Part shown: positions 1 through 13,570 of the stretch, one piece after another | Position numbering within the stretch: the stretch's first letter is position 1 | How the letters are laid out: each line of letters begins with the position of its first letter | Source: Azolla caroliniana | Taxonomy: Eukaryota > Plantae > Polypodiophyta | Reading direction: 5' to 3' | DNA: 64,000 nt | NCBI GenBank assembly: GCA_043228905.1 | Contig: JBHGNT010000004.1 | Location: 22,630,001-22,694,000 of the forward strand | The notes under the pieces: generated by a model | What the model was told of the DNA's origin: nothing | Databases searched by the model: none | What the model saw: the letters and a program-made list of their open reading frames with translations, nothing else | Position numbers and translations under genes: made by a program

Positions 1-2059
1 CTTATCTCTAGTATTTACATCTTGTCTTGAAGACATACATGGTCGGGGCTTTAATTCATCATCTGGTCAATTGAATGCTGACCTCTTTTTAGCTCATGGC
101 AATTCTATTGATTGAAAGGTGCAGATAACTCCCGTTTTCATGATTATAATTCTACCAGGTGCTTGATTGATCCAAACAATTCATTTTTCCATAGTTTAGT
201 AGTACTTAGCACCCATTGCATGGTCTTGTACATGCATGTAATCTGCTTACATGACATTCGTAAGATTTTTTGCCCCCTCCAAATACACCTGCCGTTATGT
301 TTTAGAGATGCACCCTATTCTGTTTTCTCGCTACTAGAAAACAAAATCTACACTCTTTTTCTCAGGAAGTTCTATTAATATGCATAAATGATCTTGATTA
401 GGAAGTTCATGAAGACTAGAAATAGTGAAGAAAAACATCAATCCCTCTTCTTTCAGCAGATGTAAACTGCAAATCTTTGGTTCGCACTGGGTTCTTCAGT
501 TTTCCTGTAAATCGGTTCTTTTGTACACAGCATGCATGTATTGGTTATCCTTCTTAAAGCTCTTGGGTATTTAACTCATGATGTTGGCGGGCACGTGTGC
601 CCTATTATTTGAATATTTCTAACCTGAAATGTAATTTGGATGCTCTAAATTTTGGATGTCTCCAATCTGACACATAAAATGAAAAATATATCTTGACATT
701 GGCGGACATTTTTATGTCCTATTTCGTGAATTTTACTAATCTCACAGTTAGTAGTTTTCACCTGAATTTGAGAGTTCCCACCAATACACAAGTGCATCGT
801 GATTGAAAACTTTTTAGATGTGACATGTATATGAAGAACTTTTGGCAAATGCTAACATCAGAAAATAGTTTACATGTATTGGGTGGATATAAATTTTTTT
901 GGTTATTATGATTATGAAACTTTTATGCAACACTGGTTTGGGGGTTAAATAGTTGGGGGCTGTAGTTGAGGCTTAACCTCAGATTTTTGGGCTTTGTAGA
1001 AACATGATAATTATTATTCATTCCCCAATTGAGAGTATTTATTTGGCAACAACTATCGAGTATAACATTAATCATGGCCCTTTACCTATGGAAATTAGAC
1101 AGCAACTCTCTGGGGTCTCTTTGAGGTATTGGGGGTTGTGTCATTATTGGGATATGCGTAATGCAGTTGTAGTTAATGATAGGCATAGAGTGACAATATT
1201 ACTATGAGAGTTGTCAAGAGTATAGATGTGACAGTTTTGTTTATACATTCAGATACATGTAAAGTGTTTCTTTAATGGAGTGATCGTCTTGCCTATTGGT
1301 GATTCAACATGTTCCACTGCCCATGTAGTTGTGACACTCAATTGTGTTATTGTTATTGATTAATAAAATCATGTGTTTTCAATAAAAGAAAAGAAAAGCA
1401 AGGATTTATTTGTATTCCTCATGAAGTAGAGGGTTGAGACTTGAGAAACAATGTGGTGAGATTGTACAAATTGTTTTTGGGATGCCTTCACATCACTTTC
1501 TTGAATTTTGGTTAATCTTTGTGTTGAGATTGTGTATATTTTGTTTTCTTACAAAAAGCAGGGCTAAAATAAATTGAATATAGTTATTGAAGTTATGTGA
1601 CTTTCAGTTTTGTTCATATAGTTCCTTGGCATGCCTTCACATATGTTTGGAATAAACATCAAATGTTAAATAATAATTTTGTTAAACATGTATTTTAAGT
1701 TTTTATTGATAAATTATTTCCCTTGTTCACTTCTAATTATGTCCAATCTTTGTTCCTTCACTTTCTTAGGTTAGATTGACATTTTATGGGTGAGTGATAT
1801 GGCTCATTAGGTTAAGATATGAAGATTACCGTGTTTTTCTCATTTCAACATTTTATCCCCAAATTGATATTCTTAATAATGTTGAAAAGAGAGGAAACAC
1901 AAAAAAAGGAGAAAGAGAATGTAGTAATCCTTGTCAAGGTGTGTACATAGATGTTGTGCTTATGAAGACACTCCTCCATATTTAGAGAATGTCATGGTTA
2001 AGAAGTTGTGACTTGTTTGCTTCATGTGATGTGAAAATAGCTTTATGAATTCTCTAACA

Positions 2060-2900
2060 TAAGAGAACTTTGTTGGTTGTCATGAGTTTAGTAAATAATC
2101 AATGCCATATGACTAGTGGCTCAAAATGTAACCTCTTTCATGTATTGAAATAAGCATTGTGTATCCTAATTAAGGTGGTCACATGCTATCTTCCCTATGA
2201 AGTCCTTTGTAATTAGCTCAAGAAATATCTAAAAAATGTACACCATATTTAGAATGATTTATGAACTCTCTAGAAGAAGAGAACTTTGTTGGTTGTAATG
2301 ACTTTGCTAAATAATCGATGCAATATGAACATTGGCTCAAAGTAAAAAAAAAATCATGTTGTGAAACAAGCACTTTGTAAATTGTATCCAACAAAGGTGG
2401 TCACCAACTAAATTTCCATATGAAGTTCTTTTCAATAAGGTTAGTAAATATCTCATGAATGTATAGGTTTGTACATCCATATTTATTCCCTATATTATAT
2501 TTAGAATTATATATAGCTTGTTTTTTTATCATTTCAATTACGTCATTGACATTAGTATACAAATACCTTCTATGAAATTGTCTCTTTAACATATCTTCAT
2601 ATCCCAACACTCTTCGAGACCTAGGGCATTTTATACTTCCATTCAAGGACTAATAGTAGGAACTTTATCTTTTTGAAGTATTGCCCTTATTCATGTTGAT
2701 GAAACTTTGCATAATCGATGAACCACTTGAGTATAACTTCTCGACAACATATTACACATTTAACTTTTCATATTACATAACCTATGGAATGTTACGGAAC
2801 CACACATGTAGATCCATTAGTTCATCAAACTTTTGCTGAATCCTCATATCCCAACTCCACTCTAGACCTAGGGCATTTTATATTTCCCAAGCCCTTACAA
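2060..2900. repeat. Old degenerate tandem duplications (~215-250 bp periods)
   Basis: AAGAGAACTTTGTTGGTTGT... occurs at ~2061 and ~2277; CATATCCCAAC...AGACCTAGGGCATTTTATA occurs at ~2599 and ~2845. Confidence 0.6.
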
Positions 2901-3649
2901 GAAGGATAGGTGAAACTTATTCATTTTGTAGTGGTGCATAATTGATGAACCAATCAAGTATACTTTCCCTATGACATAGTATACATATTTAAATATAATA
3001 TGGAATGCTACAAATCCTCACATGAAGATGTAATAGTTCATCAAGTTTGATCTAATTGTCATATTGCAACATATGTTTGTCTTAACAAATATGTTCCATC
3101 CAAAAATGGAATAATGATGTACAAATCCTTGTAAAACTAAAAGTTTGATGCTTTTGTTTAGAGCAAGGTTGAATAATGCAAGTATAATTTCTTGGTGGAA
3201 GTATTAATGGTTGTCTTAGCAATTGCAATAAGGCAAAGACACGAACAAAATGTCCTTGAATTCCCCATTTCCAAGAGGCATGTCATAAGTTTTCTACATC
3301 TTCATTTAAGCATTCCCTTGAATTAACTTCATGGCCACAAAGAATCTACACAATTTTATGATGTAGAAAAGGTTTTTTTAGAAAGTTTACAACAAAGAGC
3401 ATGACAATCTTTTGTCCATAAAGTCATATTTTCCCATATTAAGTCTTGTAACAAAGTTGATGAGTTGTAGATGTTGTGAAATCTCTCTTCTTTTTCCAAC
3501 TAGTTGGCTCCTCATGGCCGAAATTGTCACAATACTAACACTTTAGTTTGTTTTGGTGGTATTCTTTAGTGATTGTTTTCCAAATGGAAGGAGAGTTTGG
3601 TTTTTCGATGTTGATTTTTGTTTCCACTATAGTTCCTTTCAACGAGGAA

Positions 3650-4000
3650 CATCAAATTTAGGCCAAAGAACACAAGCAATGTGTCTATTGCGATAATGGC
3701 AATCCCAAGAACCCCAAATCACAATAATAAGGTGTTGAGGCATATGTGAACCATCTCTTCTCCAACTCACGAGTTAATTAAGGTGAGAGAATTGCATACG
3801 TTCTTCATATTTTGGTAGAGTATAACCTTTATAGAATTTTGTGAAATTAATATCTGATTCAAGCTTGTGTGTATGCATATTGAAAAGGAGCATCTTGTTG
3901 AGATTTGCTCGTATCTCCCTTGGTGTCTTTGCATCTTGTATGTAGTCAAGCATGTGATTGTGCATACATGATGATAGTAAGTACATCGTGCAACAAGCTC
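3650..4000 (-). pseudogene. Degenerate Ty1/copia gag fragment
   Basis: ORF 3774..3986 YLLSSCMHNHMLDYIQDAKTPREIRANL aligns by eye with gag of the copia at 40904 (YCLATCVHNHMLGYIQEAKTPKEAWENL). Boundaries approximate. Confidence 0.7.
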
Positions 4001-6252
4001 CTTAATGTTATTTGGCAAAGTCAATGTTTCAATGTAGAATTTGCGCTCAAAATTAAACATTTTTGCCAAATTTTTATCGGTGTAGCCCTAATACCCTTTT
4101 TAGAAAAATAATCATATCCATATTATACACCCACAAAATGAAGATGTTTCTATAAATTTCTTGCATTGTGAGAACTCCCAGTCATATTCATGTGGGCAAC
4201 AATTTTTTCTTCTGTCTCTTTGTCAACTTCCTTCGACCTATCACACAAGATGTGGTGGAGCTATTCTATGCTCAAGTTATGTGGATGTACAACAAAAATA
4301 ATAGTCTGTCCACATCCACATGCATAAATCATTTCTTTAATGACAACTTGAATGGCATGTCACACTTTCAAATACACGGGATGGGGAATGTTGATTATTA
4401 AACCTCGTTCTCTAGATACCATGTAAGGAAGTATGAGTAGTTCTATAAAGGATTCATTGAAGATAAGTAGATTAAGTAAGATATATAGGTACATGAATTG
4501 TCGTGTGTATGTGTGTTAAAGAGAAAATGTCAGAGAGCAACAATAGTAAACTCTAGTAGGCAAAAATAGCGAAAGATTAAAATTAAAATGAGTCAACGAT
4601 AATTAAGAATGCAATTAACAACAGATACTAGAGGGTATGATAATTAAGAATACAATTAACAATAGATACAAGAGAGGGGCCTTGCTTATATAAAACATTT
4701 TATGTGTGCTTCAAATAGAAGTTTGAACGAATCGATTATTGTTTTATCAATGTCAATGTACATGGAAATAATTAACACTAGTTTTCTAAATTGTCTTCTT
4801 ATTCTTTTTAATCCATATTTATACATATGTGATTATATGTTACAAGAAGCCCACTAGATGATTGGGCTAGACCATCATATACCCTATTGATGCAACTCTA
4901 TGTCGGCTCAAGGTGTACTTATCAAGTTCATGTTTCCTCTAAGATTAACTTTTGCATCCACATAGAGATATCATAACCCACATGGGACAATAACTTTTAC
5001 TTGAACAAACACGTAAAGCTAAGAAAACAAAACTAACAATAAGTCGAAAATTATAAATGTTAGGGATGCCTATGTAGAGACAATGGAGTTAGATGGGTTC
5101 CTAAGAGCAACATCGTGAATACATCGTCAAAGTGGTGGTGGCCACAAACGCTCCATTCTTATTTCATTGGCCTTCAACCACTCACTGTGGTTATTGATCT
5201 TTGACTTCTTGTGATCATGCTTAGTGGTGGTAATTATGTATCATCCAACTTACTTAACGTCTTAGGCTGCAAGAATTTGGGGTGCACTCACTCGTTTGAA
5301 ATGAGTGTCAATGGCCAAGGCTTGGCTATGTTAGTATTCCTAAGGAAATATTTACGTCTCTAGATGGGCCCTAGATGCCCAAATGCTTTTATTCTAATAG
5401 TGTGAAAAGGTTCACATTTATATGCCTTACACATCTATTTCAATGTGAGAAAAGTGAGGAAAGGGGTAAACTTCTGTTAGAGAGTAGAACTTTCCTCTTT
5501 ACCCGAGTACTCTAATTTGTTTAGAGTAGAACTTTGGTGTACAAATTTCATATGTTTATAGTGAATTGTTTTTGGACTTGGTCTTGTTGTTTTTCTATGT
5601 CATTGAGGGTTTTCCACATTAAAAATTTCAAGTGTATCGTGCATAGTTCTGTTGTTTTCCTCGAAAAACTTTCACAAGATAATCTTTATCTCATCATAAG
5701 TGGTAAAGTGCCATCCTAAATCTTATCATGTTGGATTCATCAATTTCATTAAACTTCCTAGTCATTGCCTTAGTGGAATCCTATGCCAATGGCGTTGACT
5801 GTTTGCATTAATGGAACTCATTTGTGGAGGTTGCAATTGGCTCAATTGCAACCTTCTCATCAGGTTGAGTTGGGTGGTGCTTGGGGATCATCGTGATGTA
5901 GTCGATTTGCAGGGTTTTTATATGGCTTCGCTTTGAGTATTTCAATCTTGTCTTCATATTGTTGTGTGAGGCTTGGAGTGGTTTCCTTCGAGCTCATTCT
6001 CCTGCATGAAATCAAGTGTGGTTCCATGGTAGTTGGTAATACCTCAAGGGAATTGTTGGTTTAGTATAGGTAGGGTGGTTCCATGGTAGTGGCTAATTCC
6101 TCAAGGGAATCGTCGCATTAATGTATAGGTAGTGTGGTTCTACGGTAGTTAATTCCAATCCTCTTACAATGTGATGCAAGAGATGTGTCATCGATCAAGG
6201 CTCCAAACTTTGGGGCTATAGTACAAGTAGCAAGAAGATCAAGGCTCCAAAC

Positions 6253-6888
6253 TGTTGGTAGATAGGTCCCTCCGGATGGGAAGGGAGAAGAACAGGCCGA
6301 GGCCGAAACGGTATGAACCGGATGAGGAGTACCCGACTGCGGATGGTCGAATGGTGTAGGCTCGACTGCGGGAAGCCGGATGAGGAGTACCCGACTGCGG
6401 AGAGTCGGATGCTGTAGGCCCGACTGCGGAGAGCCGGATGAAGCCCATCAAGGCTACATTTGTAAATAGCCGAAAAGTCATATTAGTATAAATATGACTT
6501 AGGGCAAACTTTTAGTTATGATGTTGTTATTATTATTCTTCCTTGTTGGTGCAAGAATAAATCAGAGCGCGTAACTGTACAGAGAGACAGAGAGAGAGAG
6601 AGACGAGGTCGTTGCCTCTGTTGTAACCGCCGCCTGTGGCGAAGATCTGTGAGCACGAGGTCGTTGCCTCAGTGATCTCACTGTTGTATATTTCTGCATA
6701 GTGACAGTTTGCAGCTTGTGGGCTGCCGTGGTTTTTCCCCCTATTTTGGGGTTTTCCACGTATACCTCCTGTGCACCATTTCTCTCCTTTTTTTCTGTGT
6801 CGCGTTTTCATTACCTGTTTTTTCTGTGTATGTAAAGAATCTCGGTTGTGGCCGAGTGTCGGACATAAGGAACGTCGTGTTCCCAACA
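6253..6888 (+). mobile_element. Solo LTR (copia-type, family G)
   Basis: TGTTGG...CCCAACA termini and a perfect 5-bp TSD CAAAC (6248-6252 / 6889-6893). TATAAATA at ~6487. Homologous to the solo LTR at 44279-45109 and partly to the LTR at 33790-34397. Confidence 0.92.
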
Positions 6889-8654
6889 CAAACTTTGTGA
6901 TTGTTGTTGTCTTTGTAGCAAGAAGATCAAGTGCAAAAATGGAGGGGGAGGGGAGAATGCCAATGATTGATGGGGAGGTTGATAGCAATAGTTGAACGAA
7001 TTGGGGAAGCAATACTAGATTGACCAAGCCTTGGAGGGATGAGTGATTGATTGGTTAGTAGTTTTTTGCATCATGGAGGTGCATGCTCACCTTGTGAGAG
7101 GGGCTAACCATCATGTTTCGATGAAGGGGGAGCTCATCCAATGCGAGAGTGACTAACCATTATGTTCCAATTGTTGTGGGAGGTCACCAAGTGTGAGAGT
7201 GGGTAACCATCATGTTTCTATAGTTATTTGAAAGTAAAGGCTATAGTCATTTGCACAATTTAGGTAACTAGATTGGGAATTGCATTATAATTAGGATATA
7301 CACATCTACAAAAGGAGTACTTATGTGACCCTTTCGTTTATTGTAGAGGTTTCATCTTGAAGTTAGTGCATATCCAACTTCATTAGTAAATGTGAAGACA
7401 AAGCATCTCTATGAAAGTACAAATTTGCTTATAGGAGCAATTACAAATTCTTTTTGCAATAGTGTCCATCTTGCCTATCAGCAATTCAGTATGTCCCACT
7501 ACCCATGTAACAATGATACCACTCAATTATCATACCATTGGCATGTTTTGAGTATTGTTAGTGGTGAATTACACAAATATTTCAATCATGGGCTTGATGG
7601 GGATTGTGAATATTACTAATTAACCATAATCTACTATTTTCATTATTTAAAAACCCAATATTGACATGAAGCGATTAATTGCATTTATGGGGTAAGTGTT
7701 TACCTCATATAACAAGGACAATGAGTATTGTCATGGAGAAATTAATGATACAAATTATAATTTTGTCAAAACTATGTTTATCAAAACAATTTAATCTGTA
7801 TGAAGATATACCGAGTATTAATAACTATATAGCACTATTATTGTGGATATATGCAGAGTATATACCAATATAATATTTAAGTTTAGTACATAAAATTAAA
7901 CAAAATTAGGAGAAACTTTGGATTATCATGATACACCTATGTTTAACTTTCAAAGTTTTAAAAACCTATAAAAACAACCCTACTGTTTTATGAAAACTAA
8001 ATAGCTTTTATAATTAGATTATCATGAGCATTCTGGGATTGCCAATGCTAGTGAAAAAATCACCTGGTTTTAACACTAATAATTAGATTCTTACCAAAGT
8101 GACCACAGAGAATATTCTTACTTGCTCTAATAATCTAATTATTAATTCACAAGAAGTACAACGACTGTTAATCAAATATATCAATGTTAATAATAATATC
8201 TAGACATGAGGTAATCAGTCACTCAACATTTGAATGACTAGTTTATTTACTCAAATAAAGATTGGATGCTCATTTCACTTTTTGCAGCACGGGGGGCTTC
8301 GGCAAACCTTTCAAATAACAAATGGAAACAAGGAAACCCTGGATGGTAACTTGATCATAGCCATAGTGTAATTTTTATTTTATAGATATCCTATGGACCC
8401 TGGACCAAGATAGAAGTTTCTAAACAAGAATTTTTTTGAATGAAACAAATAAGTGACCCCACTTCTGCTACAAGGATAAGACTACCATCTCAACTTATTT
8501 TGAAGCATGAACATAAAAACACCCATACATTGACTACATCTAAAATCCAATATAATGTGTCTGGCTACTTCGAAGATAGAAATAGAATCCTCTTCTCTAG
8601 TAATGCTGGACTAAGTACCTTCCATAAAAAAGTTCACAGTATACATTTGTTCTG

Positions 8655-8760
8655 TCAGGGGATAAATTGATAAAACTCAGTACACACCTAACAGAGAGCA
8701 AATACAAATCAGGGGATAAATTGATAAAACTCAGTACACACCTAACAGAGAGCAAATACA
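8655..8760. repeat. 54-bp perfect tandem duplication
   Basis: TCAGGGGATAAATTGATAAAACTCAGTACACACCTAACAGAGAGCAAATACA starts at 8655 and at 8709. Confidence 0.95.
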
Positions 8761-9273
8761 TAAGCATGCCCAAACAAATTACCTGTTTGCAAGGTAACAA
8801 AATACAGTGTTATGCACTTTTGTTTGGCACCTTAAACCCTTCTTTGCAAAAGACAAGAAAAGACTTCAATCAATGATCTGGTTTAGTTTTCTTCCTAATT
8901 ATAGCTTTTTCACAATGTTTCCTGCTGGATATCACCCCTGTTACTTTGGGTGCAAGTGATCATAAAGTGATTGAGACCTGAAGTCTATAACACGATGCTG
9001 AGTTCTAGCTTCAGTAGTTTTAACGCTAGGAACACTAATAGATTTGAATCACTACAAGAAACAAAAGAAATTCAATATAAAACCACTATAGGCAAAGCAA
9101 AAGTAGCTAGAAATATAGAATAGATGTTGTAACATACTGTATAAGGCCAATATTTCTAGCCTCATAGCTTGATATACAGATCTGAACTCTTCTCGGTATC
9201 ATTTCTTGGAAATTTGCAAGTTATCTCAAAAAAATTTATCATTAAAAATCTCCCCCAACTTGGTTCTTATGAG

Positions 9274-9300
9274 TTATCTCTTTCGCTTCTTTATTTCTGG
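9274..9300 (-). CDS. EBS: EBS-like gene, duplicate (distal) copy of terminal coding exon PEIKKRKR*
   Basis: Identical acceptor ctcatttcAG and exon CCAGAAATAAAGAAGCGAAAGAGATAA as in the proximal copy. Confidence 0.6.
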   Translation of the reverse strand, partial: PEIKKRKR

Positions 9301-9508
9301 CTGAAATGAGATGCCACAGAGGACTCAGTTAACCACCACCAAAATTTACAACTTATATTGCAAAACCATGAAAATGCAATAATAATTATCACAGAAAACG
9401 ACAAACTTTCTCACATATCTAGTCATATATATCCAGATTTGGTGTAATTTGCAAGTTATCTCAAAAAAATTTATCATTAAAAATCTCCCCCAACTTGGTT
9501 CTTATGAG

Positions 9509-9535
9509 TTATCTCTTTCGCTTCTTTATTTCTGG
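9509..9535 (-). CDS. EBS: EBS-like gene, terminal coding exon 5 (PEIKKRKR*, basic NLS-like tail)
   Basis: Phase-0 acceptor ...ctcatttcAG|CCA GAA ATA AAG AAG CGA AAG AGA TAA fits the phase-0 donor of exon 4. EBS/SHL proteins end in a short KRRKR-like tail. Confidence 0.8.
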   Translation of the reverse strand, partial: PEIKKRKR

Positions 9536-11790
9536 CTGAAATGAGATGCCACAGAGGACTCAGTTAACCACCACCAAAATTGCAACTTATATTGCAAAAC
9601 CATGAAAATGCAATAATAATTATCACAGAAAACGACAAACTTTCTCACGTATCTAGTCATATATATCCAGATTTGGTGTAGCTCTATCCATGTAAGTCCT
9701 TAAAGAGTGATTTGTGATTTGCAACAATGTAAAACACACATACAGTAGAGTAGCTCTATCCATTTGACGTTCTGTCCTTTTTGGAGTCATGTACTGTCTC
9801 TTCCAATGGGTAAACTTGGCCTAACTCTGATTGCTCACTCCCTATGAAAATGTCACCAGAGTATGACCCCTTTCTCTACATTATGATATATAGCCCTTAT
9901 TGCACATGTTGAAGACCTTTTAAGCTGCCCTTCACTTGGAACTCTCCCTCAATCTCTAGTCAAGCCAAAACATAACATTTGGAGGTATCTTGAACCACTG
10001 ACCTCAGAGTGGTCAGTGGCTAACGCAAAAGAGTAAAAGCAGACAATCTTTTCTCTCAAATCACGATGTGCCCTCTTATGAAAGAGGAAAAAGATAGTTA
10101 AATATTAGGTAAAAAGAAGCCATAAACATTATAGGTGGTTAGGCAGTTCATTTAAAGGTAATTTGGATGTGATTGAAGGTGAGAAAGTGCAATACAAAAC
10201 GAAGTTTCTTTCTGATCATCTTTATGCAAGTTATAGTTTGTGTCCGTTAAAAACATGCATTTCCCCATTTTGTAATGCGCATTTAGTTTCCATGTACTGA
10301 GAGCTATTTAGCAGATCTGACAAAACAAATAAGGATGTGTTCGTCCCTTTCAGATAATGCACAAATTACAGAACATCAACCTTATGAGGGTGTGCCAACA
10401 CAACTGCATATAGTTGGCAACTGGTTACTACATATGTTTGTCAAAAACAATTTTTTTCTGAAAGCATTTGCTAGTAAAACATCTAGCATCAATGCAACAA
10501 ACCCATGAAGCCAATATTAAGCAAGAGAGCACAGCCTTCAAGTGGAGAAGATTCCAAAGGGGTGTTTTGCAAAGTAACTGGAGAAATAGAAGATGAGAAT
10601 TGTTGCGATGGCGAAATGCCATAGGTGGTAGAGGTCTGTTTTCATCAAAGGTATCTGGTTGTTTCCATTCAGAGCTAACGTGATGAAATACACAGTTGGC
10701 CAAACAATTATTTGATACAAAGGATAGATCTCATTTAGATTCTTCTAACTAGGAAACTAATTCTAACCAATGTCAGAAGATGGTCTTTATTGAGAGTCTT
10801 TTGTCCATTCTCAGACGAAACATTGGTCTTACCACCAAGTGTCCAATTAGATGTCCTGCTTAAATTCTAATCACCGTAAGAGAAAGAAATGCATTGATGT
10901 TTTTTAAGAGTCCAAAAATGGTCTATGCGACCGAACAAGAGATAAAATCTTAAAATGGTGTCTCATCCTTGAGAAAAACAAACCAAAACAAATCAGACTA
11001 CATTTGTTAAACTGTCTGAGGTAAAAGATATTCTTGTTATCAAAACACTTTGCATTCTGAGTTTAGATGGACTGAAACTTTATGACTCCAAAAGATCAAA
11101 GATCTAATGTGGGAGGATCCAAGATGGACATGTCTTTGACATGAGGAAGTCACATTTGGTGTCAGGCTATAATAATATTCATTTGCTGATAACAAGGGTG
11201 ATGGAACCATGGTCTATGTGCATGACAGATTGTTATTGCCAATCTATTGTAACTGTTTTTGAATGTTGTGGTTGAGACCTACTTGTTTAGCCCTTGATTG
11301 ACTTGTCAAATGAAGAATCATGGTACTAAATAAGGTCATGATGGTTCTTTGGCAATAAGGTTTTGGGGTTGTATTGCCATCCAACAACTTCCATCTGTCT
11401 CTTGATTTGTGGCAAGAGAAAGTTGCTTGAAAGTTCCAGTTGGTGGAAGAGGTCGAGTTATTGACCTTAGGTGGGTTTATCCAGAAGACGATCCTACGAA
11501 CAATTCAGAGGTTATTCATATTTATATTTTGTAAAAACATGAGATACAAGTAGGTGATAAGATAGCTGGTATGCATTATGTCAAAGACATTATGGAGACA
11601 GGATAAGCAAGGACAGTCCATTACCTTAGCCTTGTTCAAAGAGTTAGTGTTATCTCCCTACCTTATTTCACTAAAACGATAAAGTGGCACATAGTGTTCC
11701 TCTGATTCAGCACGTACCAATTGCACAATTGGTAGATCCATACTTTCAAAGATTTGCATGTGTATCTTTGCCTCAATCTCTAATTGATGT

Positions 11791-13153
11791 TGTCGTGAAG
11801 CAGTTGCTTCACGATATAAAACCAAATTTAAATATGATAGCATGTGACATTTGTGAGGCTCAAACCTATAACCTCACTATCAATCACCAAGTATCAACCG
11901 TTAGGATAAATTTTCTCAAGTTCCAATTCTCATGTGTATAACTATGTCTTATGCAGTATTGCATACATGGTCACTCAGATGAGCAACATGGCTGTCATGC
12001 ATCACATGTTGTCGTGTCAAAGAAATTTGCGTGTCCGGGTGGAACCACTGGGGTTCTGAACCAGGAGAGTGAAAATAAGAGGAAGAAAGGAAAGAGTAGG
12101 AAGCCGAGCCGAAAGTAGCTTCCGCCCCTACCCATGAAGACGAAAATCGTTATAATGTTTCATAGATGTAACCAAATTAAGTGTGCAGAATAGGTTGGAA
12201 AGCCTTGGAACGCGCTTTCCAACGAGCTATAGAACGATGAAAACGGACGTCAGAGTTGAGAGTTATGAACAAAACACCCTACACAGCTAACCCTCAAACG
12301 TGGAAGAAGAAAGAAAGCCACTAGAAAAATCTCTATTGCCCAAAAGAAAGAGAACCCTTTGCAATATATGTTTCTTTGATTGTCCCCCCTTGACAATAAT
12401 CCCTTCCCTTCTTATACTAAATTAACACTTTTGCATGTGGGCCATGTGGCACACATGTTGAGAAGCTATATAACGCACATGCAGTACATTAGATGGTTTC
12501 AACTATACAATATTTGTTCCAATAGAATAATGCATATAAATCCCTAATAACAATAATACTAAAGAAACTCAAGACTAGAATGTAAATCAATTCCAACGAG
12601 TTGAATCAGGTGGATCTCCAAGGAGTGTTGGGTCATCGAACCAAGTCGGGATGCTTGGTTGTAGTTGGGGCAAGTGTGGCATCATGGTGGCATCAATTGG
12701 TTGCATCACTATACAACAACGTAGCACATGTGTATCAAGTGGCAATCATACATTACATGCATTGCATGCATCATAGGCACTCACCCATCACATACATTCT
12801 TGTTCGAACACCTACATAAGGAGAAGGAAAAGATGAATGTAGGCATCTATCAATCAAGAAAAAAAATACATTGGTTAGTAATCAAGAGATAAAGCTAGCT
12901 CATTTTGAAAGTTTCTCATCTCTCAAGATAGAAGTCAAGGGTTCAAGCCAAAGTTTGGCAGAAACAAGGTGTTGTTCTTACAGCTGAATATTATAACTTA
13001 ATAAATAATATTTTTATCATATACTCTTTGCTTCTTGAATTATACACAATCTCCATCTCTTGTCCATGCTCGTCTCTCTCCCTTTTCATTAATTAAGAAC
13101 TCTCCTCGTTCATACCCTGGCGGTTCGACGCACATATCACAAACTCTACGATA
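11791..13153 (+). mobile_element. Solo LTR of the TGTCGTG gypsy family (old copy, interrupted by 12010-12718)
   Basis: Starts TGTCGTGAAG and ends CCCTGGCGGTTC...CTACGATA, matching the 3' end of the 32088-33409 LTR. Flanks ATGT (11787-90) and ACAT (13154-57) are both CpG-decay products of ACGT. Confidence 0.75.
12010..12718 (-). mobile_element. Solo LTR of the TGTCGTG gypsy family nested in the previous LTR
   Basis: Termini TGTCGTG (12010) and TACAACA (12718). The end region GGAACCACTGGGGTTCTGAAC resembles GGACCATGGGGGTCTTGAAC in the 54244-55143 LTR. Flanks ATGT/ACGT. Confidence 0.72.
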
Positions 13154-13172
13154 ACATGTAGAGATTCTAAGT

Positions 13173-13570
13173 GTTGGGAATAAAGGGCCATCGTGCCTTT
13201 TATTAGTGCACGAGTGTGAACGCACTCGTAGCACACTTTTGACTTGTATATACATAATATCTAAAAAACCAAAAAAGAGGTACACTCTTTGTACCCAAGA
13301 CAGTGTGCATCTCTCTCTCTCTCCATTTGTCTCTCACTCAAACTCTCTCCCTCTTTGTTTTTGACCTAAACCCTAATCCTCATGCTGCCTTCACTAAGTT
13401 GCCCCATCACATTATAGTGTATGAGATGGATGTTTGCCCATATAGAGGGGTCTATGATACAGCCATCTAGCAATGAGAGTCGAAAGAGAGCCTTATAGAG
13501 GATCATCTTCCTATGAACATATATGATGGGGCTGATCTCCGTTCTTCATTATCCAATTTAATGGTATCAA
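13173..13570 (+). mobile_element. Possible decayed copia LTR plus PBS remnant
   Basis: TGTTGGGAA start, CT-rich segment, AAACCCTAA, then TGGTATCA at ~13562. No TSD or partner LTR found. Confidence 0.3.

Larger units (their letters stand above)
9211..9680. repeat. 235-bp near-perfect tandem duplication containing the last coding exon of the EBS-like gene
   Basis: Units start AATTTGCAAGTTATCTC at 9211 and 9446, with only ~3 nt differences. Confidence 0.96.

Noticed and set aside
400-625. Acceptor-like ttcAG|GTTAG on the minus strand with short open frames
   Set aside because: No recognisable protein similarity.
690-1400. Possible LINE 3' end with A-rich tail on the plus strand
   Set aside because: No convincing protein motif could be read.
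8275-8308. Candidate last exon AG|GTTTGC... (VCRSPPCCKK*) for the EBS-like gene
   Set aside because: PEIKKRKR* at 9535/9300 is nearer and matches the family's basic tail. This site may be a UTR or alternative exon but cannot be supported without transcripts.
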